Source: an uncultured Clostridia bacterium
Lineage (GTDB): Bacteria; Bacillota; Clostridia; UBA1381
DNA: 64,000 bases
Assembly: GCA_947626075.1 (NCBI GenBank)
Contig: CANQQW010000001.1
Span: 14,213 to 78,212 of the forward strand
Reading direction: 5' to 3'
Below are positions 17,857 through 27,338 of the stretch, one piece after another. The stretch's first letter is position 1. Every line of letters starts with the position of its first letter. The notes beneath the pieces are model-generated. The model saw only the letters and a list, made by a program, of their open reading frames with translations. It was not told where the DNA came from and made no database searches. A program made the position numbers and the translations under genes.

Positions 17857-19062
17857 ATGTCTAAATCACACATAAAGTACAACATTTTAATGTGTCTTAT
17901 GGACAACGGTATAGCACTTTCTCAAACCATAAAAGCGGTATTGGGTGGCACTTCACAGGTCGGTAATTACATATCCATATTAACACGTCAAGGGTATATA
18001 AAACGTAAAGACTTACCTGTACGGTCAAACAACCGTAAATATACCATTCAATACATATCAATCACACGTCAAGGGGTTCAGTGGCTTGTAGATAACTATC
18101 CAAACGATAGCTACATTCCATTCTTACCAAATCCTGTGCCGAGATTTCGCATAACGGACATAACCAATAACGATACAATACAGAAATATCTTAAAAGCAT
18201 ATCAGCGTCATTGATATTCAAGTCAATCGGCATAGAAACGGCAGACCAAGACAATAAAAAGGCAACAGACACACTGTACTTTATAGACATGATAGAAAAG
18301 GCGAAAAGACAGTACAGTATAGCCCAAGATAAGCCCATAAACAGTACCCAAATAGCAAATGCACTCAACACAGTGACAAGATATTATCATTCAAGAACTA
18401 TACACGACAACTTCACGCTCAATCAAGACGAGGTAGCACAGTACAAATTCTCAACACACATCGGTCTATTGCTTAACTGTTCAATACCTTATATCATCTA
18501 CGCGTCAAATCCGAACGGGACAGTATTCCAAGCAAAAGCAGTAGAGAGAGCACAGTTATCAGTCAGTACCATGCTGCGTATGCAAGGTATAGGCGTAAGC
18601 AACGAACTAAGCAACGGTATAGTATTTTGCAAGAACGGCAGAGAGTTTGGGAAAGTATTTAATAGTCTTAAAGACCGTATGGGGCAAGACCAAGAACAGT
18701 TTATGGATAGACGATTAGCGCGGATATTTAAGCACCTGTACGCTGTACCTATCCAGTCCGCAAACCTACCAATACTTAAAGAGATACTTACCTACGAGGA
18801 TAACTATCGTGTAAAGATACGGGACAAACTACTTAGCATTGACAGTTCATTTCAGAGCACATTCTCACCTATTACGGAGCTTGACTATGACGGTACACCT
18901 GCGTATATAGGTACTGACATGGACTTGTGCCGTATCCAGTATTTGTATCGCAACCTAAGCTATCAAAAATCTGTTAATGTGGTTATCATCTGCTACCCGC
19001 ACCAACGGGACTATTACGAGCGTGTCATGCCGAAGGACAGAGTGAGTTATTACCTCATATAA
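17857..19062 (+). CDS. Winged-helix protein, replication-relaxation (Rep/relaxase) candidate
   Basis: N-terminal ILMCL...YISILTRQGYIKR...YISITRQGVQWL pattern typical of wHTH/Replic_Relax-like proteins. ATG 17857 after AAAGGA; no canonical MOB HUH motif seen. Confidence 0.45.
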   Translation: MSKSHIKYNILMCLMDNGIALSQTIKAVLGGTSQVGNYISILTRQGYIKRKDLPVRSNNRKYTIQYISITRQGVQWLVDNYPNDSYIPFLPNPVPRFRITDITNNDTIQKYLKSISASLIFKSIGIETADQDNKKATDTLYFIDMIEKAKRQYSIAQDKPINSTQIANALNTVTRYYHSRTIHDNFTLNQDEVAQYKFSTHIGLLLNCSIPYIIYASNPNGTVFQAKAVERAQLSVSTMLRMQGIGVSNELSNGIVFCKNGREFGKVFNSLKDRMGQDQEQFMDRRLARIFKHLYAVPIQSANLPILKEILTYEDNYRVKIRDKLLSIDSSFQSTFSPITELDYDGTPAYIGTDMDLCRIQYLYRNLSYQKSVNVVIICYPHQRDYYERVMPKDRVSYYLI

Positions 19063-19235
19063 ATAGAAAATAAAAAATAAAATTTAAAAAAATAAAAAAT
19101 AAAATAAAAAAATATTTTTATTTTCCCTACCTGTGCGGAGCGAAGCAAAGCATAAGCAGAACAGAGCAAAGCCGGTACATGACGGTTCGGTACAGAATAG
19201 GGACAGTAAGAATACGGACAGAAAGGGGACAGTAA
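19063..19235. other. A-tract plus short repeats; candidate origin
   Basis: ~55-bp A/T tract, GCGAAGC at 19140-19146, GGACAG x3 (19201, 19216, 19227), CGGTACA x2, AGCAAAGC x2. Confidence 0.4.
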
Positions 19236-19466
19236 ATGATGAGTAAAGTAGAGATAGGTAATCGGTTTGGTTGTTTAGAGGTAAAGAAAGACTTAGGTGC
19301 GGATAAGCATCGGCATCATAAGTATAGGTGTGTATGCTTAAGTTGTGGCAGAGAGCAGGACGTAGACGTTCGTATGCTGAGAGGGCAAGTACACGAGTGT
19401 AAGTGTTGCAAGAGCAAATCGGGCGATGTGAAACTCCCGAAAGCTTTTGTTGAGCAGATGATATAA
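19236..19466 (+). CDS. Small Cys-rich (zinc-ribbon) phage-like protein
   Basis: IGNRFGCLEV...YRCVCLSCG...HECKCC, similar to the Cys-rich N-terminal module of phage HNH/AP2-associated proteins. Confidence 0.6.
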   Translation: MMSKVEIGNRFGCLEVKKDLGADKHRHHKYRCVCLSCGREQDVDVRMLRGQVHECKCCKSKSGDVKLPKAFVEQMI

Positions 19467-19483
19467 ACGGAAAGGGGCGAGTT

Positions 19484-20482
19484 ATGATGATAAGAGTAGA
19501 AAGGGCAATATTGCACATATGCGAGATGAACGCGGGGACAATGATATGGTCTGATAAGGAACTGGACATAACCGACACGAACATATACCTATACATCACA
19601 GCGCAGGTAACGAAGGTGATAAACAGTTCCAATAAGAAACGAGCCGAGTTCATGAGCAACAGCGGCTGCAAGGTCGCACTGACAGATTACAAGAAGGACG
19701 AGATTGGATTTATAGCGTTGTCCTGTCAAATAGCGAAGCGGATATATGACGGCATGGCAGGGTACGAGAAAGCGGGCGGTATGGACGTGGTTATAGCCGA
19801 GGTAGAGATACAGGGCGGTAAGTACATAGTCGTTCTGAACCTTGACCGCAAGACGGGGTATGTGCATAACGTAATAGATAACGGCAATACCATATCAATC
19901 AATACGGCGTTACTGCCGAATAATCAGACCGTGAAAGAGTTTGCCATTATAAACGAGGACGACTTTGGCATAGAGTATGCGAGCAAGACATACCCGATAG
20001 ACGGCGAGCGAGTAGATGTCATGTCGGAACTGGTTCTCGAATGTGAGAATGTGAGCGTATCGAGCAAACAAGCCGATACGAGCATAAAGAAACTGATACG
20101 CAAGGTATCTACGGACGCGCTCAGAAGTAACGTCAAGCTGAAAGACACCATGCAGAACATAATAACGGCGCAATCGGGGAGTAAGGATAAGACGTATAGC
20201 CTTGACACAATATCCGCGAATATCTTTGAGAGCTACGGCGAGAAGAAAGAGTTTGTGGACATGGCAATAGGCACAGGACTTGTTACGGACGGTGACGATA
20301 AGCTCCCCATTGACGACTATACGGTTAAAAAGGCGAACGAGAAAGTCAAGGTAACGACGGATAACGGGTTTGAGATAAAATTCCCGCACGGTCTGTATGC
20401 GGACTGTTTTGAAATGGAGCGCGACAGTGACGGAGCGATACGGATCGTGCTAAAGGGTATAAGCTCACTGGACGTGAAGTAG
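19484..20482 (+). CDS. NdpA/YejK-like nucleoid-associated protein
   Basis: 332 aa; N-terminal IRVERAILHI...SDKELD and overall pattern typical of the 37-kDa NAP family. Confidence 0.65.
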   Translation: MMIRVERAILHICEMNAGTMIWSDKELDITDTNIYLYITAQVTKVINSSNKKRAEFMSNSGCKVALTDYKKDEIGFIALSCQIAKRIYDGMAGYEKAGGMDVVIAEVEIQGGKYIVVLNLDRKTGYVHNVIDNGNTISINTALLPNNQTVKEFAIINEDDFGIEYASKTYPIDGERVDVMSELVLECENVSVSSKQADTSIKKLIRKVSTDALRSNVKLKDTMQNIITAQSGSKDKTYSLDTISANIFESYGEKKEFVDMAIGTGLVTDGDDKLPIDDYTVKKANEKVKVTTDNGFEIKFPHGLYADCFEMERDSDGAIRIVLKGISSLDVK

Positions 20483-20504
20483 GCAATGGGGGGAGGAAAG
20501 CGAC

Positions 20505-20810
20505 ATGACTACGACACAAAAGCGTATATACTCGTCGTCCACGTTCAACCTTGACAATACATCTGTGATAGAGTCGATGGGTAGTTATGAGCGATTAGCG
20601 TATGCGATAATAATTCAGGCGGTAAAGGACTACCGTCGTGCGAAACGTACAGAGAATTTGGGCGTATTAAAGGAATGTGAGCGTTTTTTCGGTGGGAGCT
20701 GGTTTGAAGTCTTAACGGACATACCCGGCAAGCTCATAATCGAGAAATTACGTCAAGAGAACGTATCAAGGCGAAAGCGCAGGAAGAAAGCGGGTGTGCA
20801 AGGTGGATAA
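20505..20810 (+). CDS. Conserved phage/ICE hypothetical protein
   Basis: YERLAYAIIIQAVKDYRRA...ECERFFGGSWFEVLTD pattern common in clostridial mobile elements. Confidence 0.65.
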   Translation: MTTTQKRIYSSSTFNLDNTSVIESMGSYERLAYAIIIQAVKDYRRAKRTENLGVLKECERFFGGSWFEVLTDIPGKLIIEKLRQENVSRRKRRKKAGVQGG

Positions 20811-20982
20811 CGAGTATATGACACGCCAAGAAACAGCGGAATATTTAAAGATCAGCATACGCAGCGTGGACAGGCTAATACACAACAAGCATTTTGACGG
20901 TATACAGTACATTGGCAGAAATGTACGGGTGCATAAGCCCACGCTGGACAGATACCTTGAACAACGACGAGGAAGTAAGTAA
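20794..20982 (+). CDS. xis: Excisionase-like HTH protein
   Basis: YMTRQETAEYLKISIRSVDRLI...IGRNVRV (MerR/HTH_17 type) directly upstream of the integrase; the start may be 20803 or 20818. Confidence 0.75.
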   Translation: MCKVDNEYMTRQETAEYLKISIRSVDRLIHNKHFDGIQYIGRNVRVHKPTLDRYLEQRRGSK

Positions 20983-21014
20983 GGTTATATAACAAAAGGC
21001 AAGACCTGACGTTA

Positions 21015-21043
21015 TTGACAGAAGGAGTAGTATATGATAAGAT
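21015..21043 (+). promoter_or_regulatory. Sigma-A promoter for the integrase
   Basis: TTGACA, 17 bp, TG-n-TAAGAT. Confidence 0.65.
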
Positions 21044-21106
21044 ATAAGATAACAAAAAAATCAATAATAGGCGGGTTTTGCTTTTTAATCAGAAGGAGGA
21101 ATTAAA

Positions 21107-22285
21107 ATGGCAAAACGAGCCAACGGTGAAGGAACGATACGCAAACGAGTATCGGGGAAGAAAGGTAACATTAGGTGGGAAGGGAGGTATTACGATCCAT
21201 ACCTAAAGAAGCAAAAGAGTGTGTATGGGGACACTAAAGAGGAAGTCCGAAAGATGTTGTCACAGATTGCCGTAAAGAAAGACACGGGCAATTTTGTATC
21301 GCAAAACAACATAACGCTCGACGAATGGCGAGAAACGTACTTAAGCCTATACGTTGAAGGAGTATTAAAACCGCAAACGATCAGTGCAAAACAGAAAATG
21401 TATACGCTGCACATACAGCCAATGATTGGCAGTAAATGTGTACAGAACATAACAGATATGGATGTAAAAACACTGTTAAACCGGCTACAGGCGTTGCATT
21501 ATGCTACCAGTACCATATCCAACATACGCAACGAGCTATCTACCATGTTAAAAAGGGCAGTAGAGCATAAGCTCATAAGCAGCAATCCGGTAAGCAATAT
21601 CAAAGCGGTCAACGGTACAGACAGCAAAGAACGACGAGAACTGACAGACTATGAGCTAAAATGGTTTTTTCGAGGTTTAGAGGAGAGAAGACCACAAGAC
21701 CTGCTATTTTTCCTGATAATGGCAACCACAGGCGCAAGATGCGGTGAAGTTATAGGGTTACAGTGGTGCAACTTTTCAGACGACTATTCGAGTATGAGCA
21801 TAAACAAAACATATACTCAATACCAAACCGAGCAAGGAGTTATACGAGGGTTTAGCAAACCAAAGACGAAAACATCCGTTCGTACCATACCTATCATACC
21901 GAAAGTCAGTGAAGAATTACGGAAAAAATATGAGGAAAACAAAGAGATTATGTCTTCATTGAATCAAACAATATCCGATAATGACTTTATTTTTATGGAT
22001 TTTAGACGTGATAGGGTTAATAATCACAGTTATTATCGCAACGTCATAAAAGGTGTTTTAGATTATCTAAAGAGGTGTTACAACATAGAAATAGAGATGT
22101 TTTCAACACACTATTTTAGACATACGTTCACAAGCCGAGCATTGCGTAGTAATGTATCACTGGAAACATTAAAGCGATTGTTGGGACACAAGAGCTATAA
22201 TATGATCGAACAGGTTTATGCCCATGTATCTCAAAGCGACAAAGTTAATGCGGTAATGGCTATGTTCAGCGAAGCCAACAATTAG
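21107..22285 (+). CDS. int: Tyrosine integrase (Tn916-like N-terminal arm-binding domain)
   Basis: MAKRANGEGTIRKR..WEGRY N-terminus; catalytic TGARCGE, PKTKTS, HYFRH, LGH and VYAH. Confidence 0.95.
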   Translation: MAKRANGEGTIRKRVSGKKGNIRWEGRYYDPYLKKQKSVYGDTKEEVRKMLSQIAVKKDTGNFVSQNNITLDEWRETYLSLYVEGVLKPQTISAKQKMYTLHIQPMIGSKCVQNITDMDVKTLLNRLQALHYATSTISNIRNELSTMLKRAVEHKLISSNPVSNIKAVNGTDSKERRELTDYELKWFFRGLEERRPQDLLFFLIMATTGARCGEVIGLQWCNFSDDYSSMSINKTYTQYQTEQGVIRGFSKPKTKTSVRTIPIIPKVSEELRKKYEENKEIMSSLNQTISDNDFIFMDFRRDRVNNHSYYRNVIKGVLDYLKRCYNIEIEMFSTHYFRHTFTSRALRSNVSLETLKRLLGHKSYNMIEQVYAHVSQSDKVNAVMAMFSEANN

Positions 22286-22339
22286 GGTAAAAGTAGGGTA
22301 GATTTGAGAAAATTAAGTGAATAAGGTACAGTCAAATCT
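22283..22339. repeat. Putative integrase arm-type sites near attR
   Basis: TAGGGTA twice, 11 bp apart (22283, 22294); AGATTTGA/TCAAATCT inverted pair (22300-22307, 22332-22339). Confidence 0.5.
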
Positions 22340-22441
22340 CAAATAATGCCGTACAAACCACGGTTTTATGCGTATATCCAAGTCATTACAACGAAGAGGG
22401 AACGAATTTATTAATAAATTATGAAAATTTGTATTAACTTC

Positions 22442-22470
22442 TTGACAATTAAGTATAATAGTGGTATCTT
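22442..22470 (+). promoter_or_regulatory. hrcA operon promoter
   Basis: TTGACA, 17 bp, TG-n-TATCTT. Confidence 0.7.
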
Positions 22471-22477
22471 ATACTTG

Positions 22478-22504
22478 TTAGCACTCAATTGGCGCGAGTG
22501 CTAA
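22478..22504. promoter_or_regulatory. CIRCE operator
   Basis: Perfect TTAGCACTC-N9-GAGTGCTAA. Confidence 0.98.
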
Positions 22505-22532
22505 TAAAATGCTGAAAAAAGGAGTGATTGCC

Positions 22533-23570
22533 ATGGATTTGAACGACAGAAAAAGAAAAATTCTTCAGGCAATCATTGACGAATACATCGGTACGGCGGA
22601 ACCTGTCGGCTCGCGCGCAATTTCAAAAAAAGAAAATCTCGGACTTTCAAGCGCCACCATACGCAACGAAATGGCTGACCTGGAGGAAATGGGCTATCTC
22701 ATTCAGCCTCACACCTCGGCGGGCAGAATACCGTCGGACGCGGGCTACCGCTTCTACGTAAACTCGCTTATGAGTAATTATAAAATAGGTATGGAAGCCG
22801 TGTCGCAGCTTCGGAATCTTCTTGAAACGCGGGTAAGCCAACTTGAAAAGCTGATAAAGTACGCGGCGGCTATCGCTTCCAGTCTTACCGATTACGCGAC
22901 CGTGGCGGCGGCGCCGAAAGAAAACAACTCGGAAATAAGAAAAATCGACCTTGTACCTGTATCGAACCATACCGTTATGCTGATAGTCGTGACGCGCAAC
23001 GTGCGCAGCCGCGCCATAAATACGGATATTGACGGCGAAAGCTGCGAAAAGCTGTCAAAGCTGTTAAACGCAAGACTTTCGGGACTTAAAGCGGACGATA
23101 TAGATTTTGCTAAAATACAGGAAATCCAAAGAGAAACGGAAAATAAGCTTTCAATAAATCCAAAGGTGCTTATAGATATACTTCATTTTCTATACGACAC
23201 CGTAACCGCCGACGCGGAAACGGAGATATATGTGAATAACGCGAAATCAATACTCCGTTATCCCGAATATAAAAATGTTGAGAAAGCGGAAAAGATACTG
23301 TCCTTTTTGGAGGATAAGGAGAATCTGAAAAAGCTTGTCGAGACTGACGGCAAGGACGGCATAGAAGCCAAGATAGGAAAGGAAAATGATTTTGAAATAT
23401 TGCAGGACTGCTCGCTTGTGAGCGTAAATTATTCGCTGGGCGATAAGGCGTCGGGTAAGCTCGCCGTCATAGGACCCAAACGCATGAATTACGCGAAAGT
23501 TTTCGCAAGTCTCGACCTTATTTCAAATGAAATAGATAAAATACTCGGTTACTATATGAATGACGGCTGA
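22533..23570 (+). CDS. hrcA: Heat-inducible transcription repressor HrcA
   Basis: LNDRKRKILQAIIDEYI..EPVGSR, SSATIRNEMADLE, HTSAGRIPS; CIRCE upstream; start from RBS AAGGAG. Confidence 0.97.
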   Translation: MDLNDRKRKILQAIIDEYIGTAEPVGSRAISKKENLGLSSATIRNEMADLEEMGYLIQPHTSAGRIPSDAGYRFYVNSLMSNYKIGMEAVSQLRNLLETRVSQLEKLIKYAAAIASSLTDYATVAAAPKENNSEIRKIDLVPVSNHTVMLIVVTRNVRSRAINTDIDGESCEKLSKLLNARLSGLKADDIDFAKIQEIQRETENKLSINPKVLIDILHFLYDTVTADAETEIYVNNAKSILRYPEYKNVEKAEKILSFLEDKENLKKLVETDGKDGIEAKIGKENDFEILQDCSLVSVNYSLGDKASGKLAVIGPKRMNYAKVFASLDLISNEIDKILGYYMNDG

Positions 23571-23586
23571 GGAAAGGGGTAATCTG

Positions 23587-24120
23587 ATGGAAATTAATGA
23601 AGAAAAAAATACCGCGGAAGAGGAAACCGCCGCGGAGGAAACGCAGAACCGGGAAGAGGCGGAGGAGAGGTCAAACGAGGAAATCCTTGAGGAAAAGCTT
23701 AAGGAACAGACTGATAAATACGTGCGTCTTTACGCCGAGTTTGACAACTTTCAAAAACGCACGCAGCGCGAAAAGGATATGCGCTACGGCGACGCGGTGA
23801 TAGACGCGGCTGCGGCGATACTTCCGATAGGCGATAACTTAGAGCGCGCGCTTAAAATCGAGGTTAAATCCGAGGACGCGGTAAAGCTTAAAGAGGGCGT
23901 AGAGATGGTTTTAAAGCAGTTTGCCGACACGCTTGACAAGCTCGGCGTAAAGCCGATAAAAGCCGAGGGCGAGCAGTTTGACCCGAATCTCCATAACGCC
24001 GTGATGCATATCGAGGACGATACGATAGACGATAACACCGTTGTTGAAGAGCTTATGAAAGGCTACATATACAAGGACAACCGCGTTGTTCGTCACAGTA
24101 TGGTAAAGGTAGCAAATTAA
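23587..24120 (+). CDS. grpE: Nucleotide exchange factor GrpE
   Basis: RLYAEFDNFQKR, FDPNLHNAV, RHSMVKVA; synteny. Confidence 0.97.
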   Translation: MEINEEKNTAEEETAAEETQNREEAEERSNEEILEEKLKEQTDKYVRLYAEFDNFQKRTQREKDMRYGDAVIDAAAAILPIGDNLERALKIEVKSEDAVKLKEGVEMVLKQFADTLDKLGVKPIKAEGEQFDPNLHNAVMHIEDDTIDDNTVVEELMKGYIYKDNRVVRHSMVKVAN

Positions 24121-24152
24121 ATTTTGATTTTTATTAAGGAGGACAATATATC

Positions 24153-25985
24153 ATGGGAAAAATAATAGGAATTGACCTGGGAACAACAAACAGCTGCGTG
24201 GCAGTTATGGAGGGCGGAAACCCGAACGTTATCACTAACAGTGAGGGCGCGAGAACCACTCCGTCCGTTGTCGCTTTCCAAAAGGACGGCGAGAGAATAG
24301 TCGGACAGGTGGCGAAGCGTCAGGCTGTCACCAATGCGGACAGAACTATAATGTCCATAAAGAGAAAAATGGGTACTACGGAAAAGGTTACGATAGACGG
24401 TAAGGCGTACACGCCGCAGGAAATTTCGGCAATGATTTTGTCGAAGCTAAAGCAGGACGCGGAAAGCTACCTCGGAGAAACGGTAACGCAGGCGGTCATT
24501 ACTGTTCCCGCTTACTTTAACGACTCACAGCGTCAGGCGACGAAAGACGCGGGTAAGATTGCGGGTCTTGAGGTAATGAGAATAGTAAACGAGCCTACGG
24601 CTGCGGCGCTTGCTTACGGCGTGGGCGAGAAAGATCAGAAGATAATGGTATACGACCTCGGCGGCGGTACGTTCGATGTGTCTATACTTGACATTTCGGA
24701 CGGCGTGTTCGAGGTGCTTTCGACAAACGGCGACACGCATTTGGGCGGCGACGATTTTGACCAAAGAATTATCGATTTCCTTGTATCGGAATTTAAGAAG
24801 AGCGACGGCGTAGACCTTTCGGGCGACAAAATGGCTATGCAGCGTCTTAAGGAAGCGGCGGAAAAGTCGAAGATAGAACTTTCGACAACTACTACCTCAA
24901 ACATCAACCTGCCGTTTATAACAGCCGACGCGTCAGGCCCCAAGCATATGGACATCACGCTTACAAAGGCTAAGTTTGACGAGCTTACGGCTGACCTTGT
25001 TGACAGAACGTTGACGTGTATCCGTAACGCTATGAGAGACGCGTCGCTCAGCGCGTCTCAGATCGACGAAGTTCTTCTTGTCGGCGGCTCGTCGAGAATA
25101 CCGGCTGTACAGGAAGCCGTTAAAAAGGAAATGGGCAAAGAGCCGAACAAGGGAATTAACCCCGACGAGTGCGTTGCCGTGGGCGCCGCAAGACAGGCGG
25201 GCGTTCTTTCGGGCGATAACTCGCAGGATATACTTCTTCTTGACGTAACGCCGCTGTCTCTCGGTATCGAAACTATGGGCGGCGTGTTCACGAAACTTAT
25301 CGAAAGAAACACTACAATACCAACCTCAAAGTCGCAGATATTCTCAACGGCGGCGGACGGTCAAACGTCGGTTGAGGTTCACGTTCTCCAGGGCGAGAGA
25401 GAAATGGCTCAGTACAATAAGACGCTCGGACGCTTTAACCTTACCGGCATAGCTCCCGCGCCGCGCGGCGTGCCGCAGATTGAGGTAACGTTTGACATTG
25501 ACGCGAACGGTATCGTAAACGTAAGCGCAAAGGATTTGGGAACGGGCAACGAGCAGAAAATTACGATTACAGCTTCTTCAAACCTTTCGGACGAAGATAT
25601 AGATAAAGCGGTGAAAGAAGCCGAAAAGTATGCGGAGGAGGACAAGAAGCGCAAAGAGGAAGTTGAGATTAGAAACAACGCCGAATCGCTTGTATACCAG
25701 TGTGAGAAAGCCGTTAAGGACGCTGGCGACAAGATTGACGACGCGACAATGGTAGAGACCGAGGTAAACAAGGTTAAGGAAGCGCTTAAGGGTACGGACA
25801 GCGCGGCTATAAAGGCGGCGACAGACGAGCTTCAGGAAAAGTTTTACACCGTAGCGCAGCAGATGTACGCACAGGCTAACCCGCAGGGCGCGGACCCGAA
25901 CGCGGGCGCGGATTCAAACGCGGCGCCGGGCGGAGATAATGTTTACGAAGCTGACTATAAGGAAGTAGACAACGATAACAAATAA
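24153..25985 (+). CDS. dnaK: Chaperone DnaK
   Basis: [32 protein letters not shown]. Confidence 0.99.
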   Translation: MGKIIGIDLGTTNSCVAVMEGGNPNVITNSEGARTTPSVVAFQKDGERIVGQVAKRQAVTNADRTIMSIKRKMGTTEKVTIDGKAYTPQEISAMILSKLKQDAESYLGETVTQAVITVPAYFNDSQRQATKDAGKIAGLEVMRIVNEPTAAALAYGVGEKDQKIMVYDLGGGTFDVSILDISDGVFEVLSTNGDTHLGGDDFDQRIIDFLVSEFKKSDGVDLSGDKMAMQRLKEAAEKSKIELSTTTTSNINLPFITADASGPKHMDITLTKAKFDELTADLVDRTLTCIRNAMRDASLSASQIDEVLLVGGSSRIPAVQEAVKKEMGKEPNKGINPDECVAVGAARQAGVLSGDNSQDILLLDVTPLSLGIETMGGVFTKLIERNTTIPTSKSQIFSTAADGQTSVEVHVLQGEREMAQYNKTLGRFNLTGIAPAPRGVPQIEVTFDIDANGIVNVSAKDLGTGNEQKITITASSNLSDEDIDKAVKEAEKYAEEDKKRKEEVEIRNNAESLVYQCEKAVKDAGDKIDDATMVETEVNKVKEALKGTDSAAIKAATDELQEKFYTVAQQMYAQANPQGADPNAGADSNAAPGGDNVYEADYKEVDNDNK

Positions 25986-25994
25986 AACAGACGC

Positions 25995-26023
25995 GGGGCT
26001 GTCTTAACCGACAGCCCCTGTTT
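25995..26023 (+). terminator. Intrinsic terminator after dnaK
   Basis: GGGGCTGTC-N6-GACAGCCCC followed by TGTTT. Confidence 0.75.
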
Positions 26024-26030
26024 GCGGTAG

Positions 26031-26124
26031 ATTATGATTTAGCGATGTATTTGCGGTGTGGACGTAGGGGCGGTCATTGGCCGCCCGTTCCCGACGTCCC
26101 GCATTTACACCGTCAAATCATAAT
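26031..26124. repeat. REP-containing miniature element, copy 1
   Basis: Terminal IR ATTATGATTT/AAATCATAAT enclosing GTAGGGGCGGTCATTGGCCGCCCG; first ~58 bp identical to copy 2. Confidence 0.8.
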
Positions 26125-26146
26125 TTACATACATTCAAAATACCCC

Positions 26147-26175
26147 TTTACAAACCAAACCAAATTTAGTATAAT
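26147..26175 (+). promoter_or_regulatory. Putative sigma-A promoter for dnaJ
   Basis: TTTACA, 17 bp, TATAAT. Confidence 0.6.
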
Positions 26176-26190
26176 ACCCATATTAGGCAG

Positions 26191-27315
26191 GTGAAAAAAT
26201 TGGCGGACAAGAGAGATTACTACGAGGTCCTGGGTGTCCAAAAGGGCGCGTCGGACGATGAAATAAAGAAAGCGTTCCGCAAGCAGAGCAAACAGTACCA
26301 CCCCGACCTCCACCCGGGCGACAAGGAAGCCGAGGAAAAGTTTAAGGAGGTAAACGAAGCGTATCAGGTACTTTCCGACCCGGAGAAAAAAGCCAACTAC
26401 GACCGATTCGGTCACGCGGGCGTAGACCCGAACTTCGGCGCGGGCGGCGGCTTTAACGGCGCAGGATTCGACTTTGGCGATATATTTGATATGTTTGGCG
26501 GTTTTGGCGGCTTCGGCGGCGGACGCAGGAACGGACCGAAACGCGGAGCGGATATACGTCAGACTGTAGATGTAAGCTTCGAGGAAGCGGCATTCGGCTG
26601 TAAGAGAAAACTGAACATCATGACGCAGGAAAAATGCGAAAGCTGCGGCGGCACGGGCGCGAAAAGAGGTACTCCCATAACTACTTGCACAAACTGCCGA
26701 GGCACGGGACGCGTACAGACTCAGCAGCGCACCATTTTAGGTTATATGACTACGGAAACCGTATGTCCGCAATGCCGAGGCGAGGGTAAAATTATAAAAG
26801 AACCGTGCCGCGACTGCCGAGGAACGGGCAGCGTCAGAAAAAACAAAACGATAGAGGTTCAAATCCCCGCCGGAATTGACAACGGACAAACCATACAACT
26901 CTCCGGCAAAGGCGAAGCGGGAGCAAAGGGCGGACCGAACGGCGATTTGCTCATTACCGTAAGAGTCCGTCCGCACGAGGTATTTCGCCGTGAGGGAAAC
27001 AATGTACTTATTGATATGCCGATAACCTTTGTACAGGCGGCATTGGGCGCTACGGTCAAGGTACCGACGCTCGACGGACCCGTGGAACTGACCATTCCCG
27101 AGGGAACGCAAACCTCATCGCGTTTCCGCATGAAAGGGAAAGGTATTCCGTATCTAAAAAGCAAATCGCGAGGCGACCAGTATGTAACGGTAAACGTTGA
27201 AGTACCGAGGAACCTGACCGCGAAGCAGAAAGAAATTCTGCGCAATTTTGACGAGGATAATAATTATAAACAGAAGAAAAGCTTTTACGATAAAATGAAA
27301 GATTTTCTTAAATAA
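26191..27315 (+). CDS. dnaJ: Chaperone DnaJ
   Basis: J domain with HPD, G/F region, four CxxCxGxG motifs; the start may be the TTG at 26200. Confidence 0.98.
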   Translation: MKKLADKRDYYEVLGVQKGASDDEIKKAFRKQSKQYHPDLHPGDKEAEEKFKEVNEAYQVLSDPEKKANYDRFGHAGVDPNFGAGGGFNGAGFDFGDIFDMFGGFGGFGGGRRNGPKRGADIRQTVDVSFEEAAFGCKRKLNIMTQEKCESCGGTGAKRGTPITTCTNCRGTGRVQTQQRTILGYMTTETVCPQCRGEGKIIKEPCRDCRGTGSVRKNKTIEVQIPAGIDNGQTIQLSGKGEAGAKGGPNGDLLITVRVRPHEVFRREGNNVLIDMPITFVQAALGATVKVPTLDGPVELTIPEGTQTSSRFRMKGKGIPYLKSKSRGDQYVTVNVEVPRNLTAKQKEILRNFDEDNNYKQKKSFYDKMKDFLK

Positions 27316-27338
27316 ACAAAAAACGTGGGAGGAAAACA

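Larger units (their letters stand above)
1..22420 (+). mobile_element. Right part of an integrative (probably conjugative) element; left end lies outside the window
   Basis: Co-directional PrgI + VirB4, Xis and tyrosine integrase ending just before the hrcA promoter; visibly more AT-rich codon usage than the dnaK region. Right boundary approximate; no attL seen. Confidence 0.85.

Noticed and set aside
19084-19671. 195-aa minus-strand ORF
   Set aside because: Antisense to two supported genes and runs through the A-tract; no recognisable motif.
16379-20982. Prophage
   Set aside because: Some genes look phage-like (RusA-like, Cys-rich, Xis), but there are no capsid, terminase, tail or lysis genes, and PrgI-VirB4 points to an ICE.
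22286-22440. tRNA/tmRNA-derived att core
   Set aside because: No T-loop or CCA-type 3' end on either strand, and no duplicate of this sequence noticed in the window.
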